Shown here piece by piece: positions 43,769 to 52,193 of a DNA stretch of 64,000 nucleotides. Both the position numbers and the translations under genes were made by a program. Source of the DNA: an uncultured Verrucomicrobiota bacterium (GTDB lineage Bacteria; Verrucomicrobiota; Kiritimatiellia; CAJWTS01); NCBI GenBank assembly GCA_913047795.1, contig CAJWTS010000008.1:16634-80633 (forward strand), read 5' to 3'. The notes under the pieces were generated by a model, which was given only the letters and a program-made list of their open reading frames with translations, did no database searches and was not told where the DNA came from. How positions within the stretch are numbered: the stretch's first letter is position 1; each line of letters opens with the position of its first letter.

Positions 43769-44530
43769 ATGCTTAAAATTGATCTGGCGAACAAGGTTGC
43801 GGTGGTGACCGGGGCGAGCGGAGAACTCGGTCGCGTGATCGCGCGAACGCTGGCCGACTGCGGTGCGGCGGTAGCGGCACATTATTTTCAAGGTGAAGAC
43901 CGGGCAGATACCGTGGTGAACGATATCACCACGGCCGGCGGCCGTGCCATCGCCGTGCAGGCGGATGTCAGCGACCAGGCATCCGTGCTCGCAATGCGCG
44001 ACGCGATCAGCACACAGTTGGGCGCCCCGGATATCATTGTGAACAACGCGGTGCATCAATACGACTGGACATCGGTACTGGATCAGGATCCCGCCGATTA
44101 CGAAAGCCAGTTCCGTACCTGCACGCTGCACAATGTCCTGATGGTCAAGGCCTTCGTGCCCGCCATGATCGAGAAGCAGTGGGGACGAGTGATTGCCATC
44201 AACACGGAGTGCACGATGCAAAGCAGTCCAACGATGTCAGCCTACGTTTCGGGCAAGGGCGGGCAGGACCGGCTGCTGCGCGTGCTGGCGAAAGAAATCG
44301 GCGAGCATCAAATCACGGTCAACCAGGTTGCGCCGGGCTGGATGATCAGCGACAGGTACCGCGCGACGCCCGAAGACGATGCAGGCTACCGTGCGGGGGT
44401 CCCCTTGCGGCGGCGCGGATACGACCAGGACATAGCTAACGCGGTCGCCTTTACGGCATCCGACCTTGCAGCGTTCATCACCGGTGCGTACATTCCAGTC
44501 TGTGGCGGAAACGTGATGCCAACCGTATAG
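43769..44530 (+). CDS. SDR family oxidoreductase (FabG-like)
   Basis: VAVVTGASGELGRVIA, NNAV, and YVSGKGG (YxxxK). 253 aa. Confidence 0.85.
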   Translation: MLKIDLANKVAVVTGASGELGRVIARTLADCGAAVAAHYFQGEDRADTVVNDITTAGGRAIAVQADVSDQASVLAMRDAISTQLGAPDIIVNNAVHQYDWTSVLDQDPADYESQFRTCTLHNVLMVKAFVPAMIEKQWGRVIAINTECTMQSSPTMSAYVSGKGGQDRLLRVLAKEIGEHQITVNQVAPGWMISDRYRATPEDDAGYRAGVPLRRRGYDQDIANAVAFTASDLAAFITGAYIPVCGGNVMPTV

Positions 44531-44566
44531 CGATCGTTCGACTAACGGACCGGAGACTGAACGAGA

Positions 44567-45214
44567 TTGAAACTAACCGCCGGACAAACCTTCGTACTCA
44601 TCGGCGATTCGATCACCGAGGCCGGGCGCGACATGACCGGCGAAGATACGCCCTGGTCGCCGGGCACCGGCTTCGGCAGCGGTTATGTCAATTTTCTGAA
44701 CGCATTGATGCTCAGCGACTCTCCCGATGCAGGGGTGCGCATGATCAATCAGGGTCTCGGCGGCCACACCACTCGGGATCTCAAGGCGCGCTGGCAGAGC
44801 GATGTCCTTGATCTCGATCCGGACTGGCTGTCGGTCGCGATCGGCGTCAACGATGTCTGGCGACAATTCGACGTGCCCTTGCGTAAAGAAACGCATGTCT
44901 ATGCAGAGGAGTACGAACGGACCTACGACGAGTTACTCGAAAAAACGCGCGGGCAACTCGCGGGCCTGATCCTGATCAGTCCGTTTGTCATGGAGCCGCA
45001 TCGCGAGAATCCCATGCGCGCCACGATGGATCACTACGGTCGCATCGTTGAAACCCTGGCCCGGAAACACAACGCGTATTTTGTTGATGCGCAGGCGGAA
45101 CTGGACAAACTGATGCAACACATTCCCGCCACGGCATTGGCCTGGGACCGCATCCACATCAACAGCGTCGGGCACATGGCGCTAGCCCGCGCCGTCTACA
45201 AAATCATCGCCTGA
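44567..45214 (+). CDS. SGNH/GDSL-type hydrolase (esterase)
   Basis: FVLIGDSITEAG (block I), GVNDVW (block III) and WDRIHIN (block V DxxH). TTG start. Confidence 0.75.
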   Translation: MKLTAGQTFVLIGDSITEAGRDMTGEDTPWSPGTGFGSGYVNFLNALMLSDSPDAGVRMINQGLGGHTTRDLKARWQSDVLDLDPDWLSVAIGVNDVWRQFDVPLRKETHVYAEEYERTYDELLEKTRGQLAGLILISPFVMEPHRENPMRATMDHYGRIVETLARKHNAYFVDAQAELDKLMQHIPATALAWDRIHINSVGHMALARAVYKIIA

Positions 45215-45300
45215 TTGCGTGCGCCGGACATCGCCCAATCGGGCTCTTGACGTAGCGGGCATTCCAGCACAGGATTCCACACCTTCAGAAGAGGCACTAA

Positions 45301-46110
45301 ATGACCACACCAACACATCCGATCCATCTGACCGACGAAGACGTGACGTTCTTCGACCGGGAAGGCTATTTCATCTATCATCATCAACTCTTCGCTCAAG
45401 AGCAGCTCAAACGGCTGCAGGCTTTTTTTGATCAGATGCTGGCCGATCTGCCCGAGGGCGCGCGCCCCGAGAGCATGGACACCCCGCACTTTGCCTTTCC
45501 GGCGCTGTTCGAGTGGCTGCTCGCTGACGAAGTCTTGGATTTCGTCGAGCGGTTTATCGGTTCGGACATTCTCTTGTGGTCGAGTCATTTTTTATGCAAG
45601 CCGCCCGGCGTCGGCCTGGCCGTGCCATGGCATGAAGACTCCTCCTACTGGGGCGACGCGCTCAGCGAGCACAAGGTCGTAACCGTGTGGGTGGGTGTCG
45701 ACGACTCGCAACCGGAAAACGGATGCATGCGCGTCATACCCGGATCCCATTCAAACGGTTTCTCGGAATACGAAGACGTCGACCGCAGCACGAATGTTTT
45801 TCCCACGCGCATCAAACCCGGCGAGATGGACGAGTCCGCGGCCGTCGATCTGGCGATCATGGCCGGCGAGTGTCACGTCCATCACGCCAAGATGATCCAC
45901 GGGTCGAACCCGAATACGAGTGACAGACGCCGCTGCGGCTACACGATGCGCTACATGCCGGCCGACGTGAAACATAACGTCGACGAACAGGGCGGCCAGC
46001 ACGCGGTCTACCTTGCACGTGGTGAGAATCTCGCTGGAAACGAACTGGGTGATCCGACAAAACTTTTCGAACCCGGCCAGGACCGATGGCGCGGCGGCGC
46101 AGGGCACTAA
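45301..46110 (+). CDS. Phytanoyl-CoA dioxygenase (PhyH) family oxygenase (third copy)
   Basis: LTDEDVTFFDREGYFIY, VPWHEDSSYW (HxD), RVIPGSH and HHAKMIHGS. 269 aa. Confidence 0.8.
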   Translation: MTTPTHPIHLTDEDVTFFDREGYFIYHHQLFAQEQLKRLQAFFDQMLADLPEGARPESMDTPHFAFPALFEWLLADEVLDFVERFIGSDILLWSSHFLCKPPGVGLAVPWHEDSSYWGDALSEHKVVTVWVGVDDSQPENGCMRVIPGSHSNGFSEYEDVDRSTNVFPTRIKPGEMDESAAVDLAIMAGECHVHHAKMIHGSNPNTSDRRRCGYTMRYMPADVKHNVDEQGGQHAVYLARGENLAGNELGDPTKLFEPGQDRWRGGAGH

Positions 46111-46119
46111 GATTCACGG

Positions 46120-46806
46120 ATGCACAGCACGAGTATTCTGAGCGCTGAGTCGTTTGACATCAGCGTCGGCGGCCGGCCTGTCTCGCATGCCGATTTTTTT
46201 AACGACTTGACGCGCAACCGACGCCTGGGACTGGTGGCTCCCAACCGGGTTGAAGGTGCCGGGGCCGCCGGCCTGCTGCTCGCCTACGTGACCGCGTTCT
46301 ACGACGAATATCGCGCGGACGGTGGCGATTTTTATGCCTATCCCGACTATTTCGTATTCCAACAGGCCTCTCCTCCGGCGGATTACGGCATGTGTGATGT
46401 CTCGCCGCAGCATAAATGTGTTTCCGTAGGCAAGCATGCCGACCCATTGCTGCAGGCGATTACGGATCGCGGTGCCAACATACTCATCGTCCCCGACGGT
46501 CCCGGGGGCGAGCACGAATTCGAAGCCGTAGCGTTGGCGAGCGCGCGTCGCAACATCGACACCTGCTACGCCTATTCGGCCGACGGCGTGGTGGCCGATC
46601 CGGACGTCACCGTACGCTGCACGCGCTCACCGCTCGACGAATGGGTGCAGGCCATGTTCGATTCGATCAAGGACGATCCGGACGCCGCCGCACAGGGGGC
46701 GGCCTGGCTCAAGCGCACGCGAAGTGCGGACGTGCTGGAGCAGTCCTATCGCCGCATCAACCTGGACGACGCCCTGGCGCGGCTGGCGTCAGTCGCCCAG
46801 GTCTGA
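46120..46806 (+). CDS. Hypothetical protein (no family recognised)
   Basis: 228-aa ORF beginning 9 nt after the PhyH stop. Its composition is non-repetitive, unlike the antisense shadow ORFs. I recognise no motif. Confidence 0.5.
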   Translation: MHSTSILSAESFDISVGGRPVSHADFFNDLTRNRRLGLVAPNRVEGAGAAGLLLAYVTAFYDEYRADGGDFYAYPDYFVFQQASPPADYGMCDVSPQHKCVSVGKHADPLLQAITDRGANILIVPDGPGGEHEFEAVALASARRNIDTCYAYSADGVVADPDVTVRCTRSPLDEWVQAMFDSIKDDPDAAAQGAAWLKRTRSADVLEQSYRRINLDDALARLASVAQV

Positions 46807-46907
46807 ACCGACCGTAGCCTGCCCGCTCATCCGCAACGGACGACATGGATTATTACCCCTGAAAGTCGGGCAAACTATCTGCCGGCGCCAGGAAACCGTA
46901 GCGGAAA

Positions 46908-49628
46908 CTACAGTGCCTCTATCCGAATGGGGCAAACCTTGAGCTCCGCCGTTTCAGTCACCGGGTCATACCCCGACCCCGTCAGCAGGTTGATCGGCGT
47001 GTCTCCGAAACTGAAACTGCAGAAGACCGTGCCGCGCGGGGACTGCTCGGTTGCCTCGACCTTGATCTTGATCGATCCGCGCGCGCTCGAAATCCGGCAA
47101 CTCTCGCCATCCACCAGACCCCAGGCATCGACGTCGGCGGGATGGACCTCAAGTGTCTCTTCAGACAGCAGGTAGTCGATACCCGACGAACGGCCGGTCT
47201 GCGTGCGCGTGTGATAGGACTCCAGGCGGCGCCCCGTGGTCAACCAAACAGGAAAATCGTCATCGATAACCTCTGCCGGGTCGCGGTAACCGATCACCTT
47301 GAAGAGGCCGCGCCCGTTCTTGAATTCCTTTTGATGCAGGATGGGCGTTCCCGGATGATCCTTTTCGGGCACCGGCCACGCATACTCGCCCCGGTCGATG
47401 CGATCCCAGTCGAGCCCGGCATAAATTGGCGAGACGCTACAGAGTTCGTTAAAGACTTCTTTCGCCGACTCGAACTCAAAACCCGGAATGCCCATGCGCT
47501 GCGCGATCTGGGAGACGATCCACCAGTCCGGTCGCGCCTCACCTGCCGGTGAAACCGCCGCGCGCAAACGCTGCACCCGTCGTTCGGTGTTGGTGCATAC
47601 GCCATCGGTTTCCGCCCAACCCGTGGCCGGCAGCACCACGTCCGCCAACTCGCCGGTCTCCGTTAGAAAGATGTCGATGACAACCAGGTGCTCCAGGCTC
47701 CGAAGCGCGTGTTCGCAGTGCTTGCGATCCGGATCTGAAACCACCGTGTTCTCGCCGTCGATCAGCATGGCGTGAATCGACTCTCCGCAACGGTTCAGGG
47801 CGGTCACTTTCGTAACGCCTTTTTCGGCGTCGATTTCGCGTCCGTAAAGCCGTGAAAACTTCTCGGCATTGGCGGGGGCGCTGCAAAGCTGGAAACCGGG
47901 AAAATTGGATGGCACAGCACCGCAATCACCCGCCCCCTGGATATTGTTCTGTCCGCGCATCGGGTTCACACCGGTGCCTTCGCGGCCGATGTTGCCGGTC
48001 ATCAGGGCCAGGTTACAAAGGCTCTGCACGTTATCGACGCCGCAGATATGCTCCGTGATTCCAAGCGTGTAATAGATCGCACCCATGCCGGCACTGCCAA
48101 ACCAGATCGCCGCTTTCTCGATATCCGCGGCAGGCACACCCGTGATGCCTTCCGCCCACTCCGGCGGAAACGCCTGCACGTGTTCCAGAAACGCCTCACC
48201 GTCCGCGGTCCGCGTATCCATAAAACCCTGATCCACGAGACCTTCGCGGGCGATCACGTGCGCCATGCCGAGCAGGAGCGCCACGTCCGATCCGACACGG
48301 ATCGGAAGGTAGAGATCCGCCAAATGTGCCAGGGGTATCTTGCGCGGATCGGCCACGATCATGCGCGAACCACGCGCGAGCGCCTTCTTGAGTTCGGTCG
48401 CAGCGACCGGATGGCACTCCGTCATGTTGGTTCCGATGCAGAAAATGACATCCGGCTTCGACATGTCGACAAGCGGGTTCGACATGGCTCCGCGGCCAAT
48501 CGTGGCGGCCAGACCGGCCACCGTCGGTGCGTGTCAAGCACGGCTGCAGTTGTCGATGTAGTTGGTACCTGTTCCGGCCCGAACAAATTTTTGCATCGTG
48601 TAGGCCGCCTCGTGTGGAGCGCGTCCCGATGCGACCCCGTAAAGGCTGTACCGCCCGTGCTTCTCCAGGGCCTTGCTGAACCCGCCGGCCGCACGATCGA
48701 GAGCCTCGTCCCAACTTGCCGCGTGCAAATTTCCGTCTTCACCCCGCAGGAGCGGCGTCTTCAATCGTTCCTCGTGCTGAACAAAATCAAAAGCGAACTG
48801 ACCCTTCACGCACAACGCGCCCTTGTTCGCCGGCCCGTCCATGGCGGGCTGCACCCCCACCAGTCGATCGCCCTTGGTCAGCAGGTCGACGGAACAGCCC
48901 ACGCCGCAGTAGGGACAGATCGTGCGCGTCTTCTTTAGTTCCGCCTTATCCTCTTCGGCACGCATCGCCTTGCGATCGCCCAGGGCACCGGTCGGACAGG
49001 TCTGCACGCATTGGCCGCAGAACGTGCACGCCGATTCTTTCAGACGTCCATTAAACTCGGTGGTGATCTGGGTCTCGAAGCCACGATTCATGATATTGAT
49101 CGCGTGATCGCCTTCCTGCTCGGCACAGACCCGCACGCAACGGTAGCAGGAGATACAGAGATCGTAGTCGCGCAGGATAAAGGGATTGTCATCGTCGGTA
49201 TTGGACGTACCGGACTGGGCACCCTTGAACCGGCCGGCCTGGGCATCGTATTCCTCAACCAGGGTCTTCAGTTCCTGGGACGCATAGCCACGCAGGGGAT
49301 CGACGTCGACCTCGCGGTTCTCGGATACGACCATCTCCAGCAACGTCTTGCGGTGGGCGTCCAGTGCTTCATTGCGCGTGCGGACGACCATGCCCGGCTC
49401 CGCCCGCGTGGTACAAGACGCGACAGGGTTGCGGCTGCCTTCGAGTTCGACCACGCACATGCGGCAGCCGCCGAAGGCTTCGAGCCGGTCGTCGTAACAG
49501 AGTGTGGGAATCTTCGCGCCATGGCGCCGCGCCACCTGGAAAATCGTTTCGCCGTCGTGAAACTCGACCGCGTCGCCGTCGATGGTGACCGTACCGGCGA
49601 CGACCATATCTCTGAGTTGATCGTGCAT
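46908..49628 (-). CDS. fdhA: Selenocysteine-containing formate dehydrogenase alpha subunit (NuoG-like N-terminus plus molybdopterin domain); in-frame TGA = Sec365
   Basis: Track ORFs 48534-49628 and 46908-48521 are in the same frame, joined by TGA at 48536-48534. The read-through gives NYIDNCSRA-U-HAPTVAGLAATIGRGAMSN, matching the E. coli FdhF Sec context (CARV-U-HGPSVAGL...GNGAMSN). The N-terminus has 2Fe-2S and 4Fe-4S Cys motifs (CISCYRCVRVC, CTFCGQCVQTCP, CPYCGVGC). Confidence 0.9.
48504..48522 (-). promoter_or_regulatory. Bacterial SECIS-like hairpin, 11 nt downstream of the UGA
   Basis: The mRNA reads UGA CAC GCA CCG AC-GGUGGCC-GGUCU-GGCCGCC. It forms a 7-bp stem (one G-U pair) with apical loop GGUCU, the same GGUCU(G) element as the E. 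coli fdhF SECIS apex. Confidence 0.7.
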
Positions 49629-49680
49629 GACTGGGCTGGATGGGATGACCGACTATGTCCGTTACAGAATACGCATCTTC

Positions 49681-51351
49681 TCAAGAACCGAAGTGTTTTT
49701 CAACCTGATCCGGGAAATACTTGAGCAGGCTGTCCGTCACCAGCGGCGCCGCCATTCCGAGGCCGCAGGCGCTGGTCGCGCGCATGGTGCGGCCCATGTC
49801 TTCCACCTCGGCCCTCCAGTCTGCGAGACTCTCACATCCGCCGTTGCCACGTAGCCGCTCCGCGATCCGGTGCGTTCCGATCCGGCACGGGAAACACTTG
49901 CCACAGGACTCGTGCGCAAAGAAAGCCATGGCATCCGCCGCAACCTCGACCATGTTGCGGCTGTCGTCGAACACGATAATCCCGCCCGCGCCGAGAAACG
50001 ACCCCTTGGAGCGAACGCTGGGTTCGTCGAGCGTAACGTCCATGTCCTCGCCGGCCAGAAACCCGCCGGAAAGGCCCGCCATTGTAACGGCCTGAATCGT
50101 GCGCCCCTGCAACGCGCCGCCGGCCCAGTCGTGCAGAAGTGTTTTGAGTGGAAAGCCGATCGGCACCTCGTAGTTGCCGGGGCGCTGCACATCCCCGGAC
50201 AGGCAGATGAGTTTGGTGCCCGCGTGATCCTCGCAACCGAGCCCGCGATACCAGTCCGCGCCGTTACAAACGATAGGACCGACGGAGGCCAGAGTCTCGA
50301 CATTGTTGACCGCGGTCGGCTTCTGATCGTAACCATGCGTCACGGGGTATGGAGGACGGTTGCGCGGAAAGGGGTGTTTTCCTTCGAGGCTGTTCAGCAA
50401 CGATCCCTCTTCTCCGCAGATGTAGGCGCCCGCGCCACGACGCAAATAGATGTCGAAAGCTATTCCGGATCGAAGAATGTCCTCGCCGAGAAAGCCGGCC
50501 GCGCGGGCCTCGACAATGGCCTGCTCAAGTCGTTCAAACGTTTCCGGGTACTCGTAGCGAAGATAGACGAAGCCCTGCTGCGCGCCGCAAGCGTAGGCGG
50601 CAATGATCATGCCTTCGAGCAAGGCGTGTGGATCGTGATCCATGATCGCGCGATCCTTGAAACAACCCGGCTCGCCTTCGTCCGCGTTGCAGACGATTGT
50701 TTTCGGATGTCCCTCGGCCTCGGCAACGGCCGACCACTTGGCGCCCGTCGGAAACCCGGCACCGCCGCGTCCGGCCAACCCGCTGTCACCGACCAACTTG
50801 AGCGTCTGTTCAGGCGTCATTTCCCCCATGACCCGCAGGAGCCCCTCGTAACCGCCGGTACGCCGATACCCTTCCAGCGACGCACGGTCAGGTTCGCGGA
50901 TCGCCGCAAAAACACATTCCTCGAGTCCGCCCGGATTGGCAACCGGCAGGGGACTCACGCGCCGCTCGAGCACGTCGACCGTTGCGCCGACCCAGACCTG
51001 ATCGCCCCGCAAGACGGGAATCGGCTCATCGCATCGTCCCGCGCAGGGCATCGCGGTTGCGCCATCCGACTGCATGCTTTCGAGCAGTTCGCAGGCACCA
51101 CGCAACCGGCAAACGTTGCCGGTACAGACGCGCGCGGCGTCGCGACCGCCCGGGGTTCGGGCGAAATGATGATAAAACGTAACCGTGCCGAACAATTCCG
51201 CCAAAGGAATACGCAGTCCCTCGGAAACGGCACGCAGTGCGTCATCGGAAAGATAGCCGTCGCGATCGTGGAACGCGTGCAAAACCGGCAACAGTGGGGC
51301 CGGCTCGTCTCGCCACGTGGCAACAAGATCTTGATTGGCAGTTATCGTCAT
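49681..51351 (-). CDS. NAD-reducing formate dehydrogenase diaphorase subunit (NuoE-like plus NuoF-like fusion; FdsB/HoxF type)
   Basis: The N-terminal NuoE-like 2Fe-2S motif is CTGNVCRLRG...CAGRCDE. The NuoF core has GRGGAGFPTGAKW, an FMN/NAD site, and the 4Fe-4S motif ESCGKCFPCRIG. 556 aa. Confidence 0.9.
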   Translation of the reverse strand: MTITANQDLVATWRDEPAPLLPVLHAFHDRDGYLSDDALRAVSEGLRIPLAELFGTVTFYHHFARTPGGRDAARVCTGNVCRLRGACELLESMQSDGATAMPCAGRCDEPIPVLRGDQVWVGATVDVLERRVSPLPVANPGGLEECVFAAIREPDRASLEGYRRTGGYEGLLRVMGEMTPEQTLKLVGDSGLAGRGGAGFPTGAKWSAVAEAEGHPKTIVCNADEGEPGCFKDRAIMDHDPHALLEGMIIAAYACGAQQGFVYLRYEYPETFERLEQAIVEARAAGFLGEDILRSGIAFDIYLRRGAGAYICGEEGSLLNSLEGKHPFPRNRPPYPVTHGYDQKPTAVNNVETLASVGPIVCNGADWYRGLGCEDHAGTKLICLSGDVQRPGNYEVPIGFPLKTLLHDWAGGALQGRTIQAVTMAGLSGGFLAGEDMDVTLDEPSVRSKGSFLGAGGIIVFDDSRNMVEVAADAMAFFAHESCGKCFPCRIGTHRIAERLRGNGGCESLADWRAEVEDMGRTMRATSACGLGMAAPLVTDSLLKYFPDQVEKHFGS

Positions 51352-51464
51352 CTTCCAGAATATGAAACTCGCGTCGTAGCCTAGTCGGGCGCTCCGGCCC
51401 TAGCAAGCCATTAACCCCTGACCCGCGCCTCCGCGGGCTGCAAAGGGGGTAGACACCCCACATC

Positions 51465-51490
51465 AATACTGCTACAAGACGTGCAGTATT
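51465..51490. repeat. Perfect 8-bp inverted repeat AATACTGC-N10-GCAGTATT in the fdh/cysC divergent intergenic region
   Basis: The arms are 51465-51472 and 51483-51490. The repeat lies 35 nt upstream of the cysC ATG (51525). Confidence 0.5.
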
Positions 51491-51524
51491 CGTTCCGCGA
51501 ATAAGAGAATCAGGAGTCACCCAA

Positions 51525-52088
51525 ATGGCATCGCAACGCGGATTTACATTGTGGTTCAGCGGACTTTCCGGAGCGGGCAAAACGACGCTTTCGAACGAGG
51601 TCGAGAAGGAACTACGGCGTCTTGATATGAACGTCGAGCATCTGGACGGCGATATCGTCCGTAAATACCTCTCGCGCGATCTCGGATTCACGAAGGAAGA
51701 TCGCGCCAAGAATATCGAGCGTGTGACCTTTGTCGCCAGCCTGCTGACGAAGTACGGCGTCGCCACGCTGGTCTCGTTCATCTCGCCCTATCGCAACAAA
51801 CGCCGTGAGGCGCGCGAAATGATCGGCACTTTCATCATGGTCTATGTCAAGTGCCCGGTCGACGTCTGCGAAACACGCGATGTCAAGGGCCTCTACGAAA
51901 AGGCGCGCCGCGGCGAGATCGAGTACTTCACCGGCGTGACGGATCCGTACGAAGAACCGGAAGACGCCGAGATCGTCGTCGAGACGGACAAGTTGAACCC
52001 CACCCAATGCGTCGAGACGATCCTCGATTACCTCGAGAAGAACGGCTACATCGACCGCGGGCTTGATTTCGCCAACCTGATGGAATAG
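51525..52088 (+). CDS. cysC: Adenylyl-sulfate (APS) kinase
   Basis: GFTLWFSGLSGAGKTTLS P-loop, LDGDIVR, and SFISPYR. 187 aa. Confidence 0.9.
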   Translation: MASQRGFTLWFSGLSGAGKTTLSNEVEKELRRLDMNVEHLDGDIVRKYLSRDLGFTKEDRAKNIERVTFVASLLTKYGVATLVSFISPYRNKRREAREMIGTFIMVYVKCPVDVCETRDVKGLYEKARRGEIEYFTGVTDPYEEPEDAEIVVETDKLNPTQCVETILDYLEKNGYIDRGLDFANLME

Positions 52089-52193
52089 CGCCGTGGTGAG
52101 ACCAGGGAGGACCGTATTCTTCCGGAGCGGAACCTGTGGACAGAACGCGTCTCCACATGCCCGCACCTGGGCTCCACGCCTTACCAGGCGCGA

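Noticed and set aside
48522-48533. An apparent gap or stop splitting formate dehydrogenase into a 364-aa and a 537-aa ORF, which could be read as a pseudogene or two subunits.
   Set aside because: The two parts are in the same frame. The stop is TGA exactly at the conserved Sec/Cys active-site position, and an fdhF-like hairpin follows. I interpret it as selenocysteine recoding.
49870-51384. 504-aa plus-strand ORF.
   Set aside because: It is an antisense shadow of the NuoE/NuoF-fusion gene, whose cofactor motifs are unambiguous.
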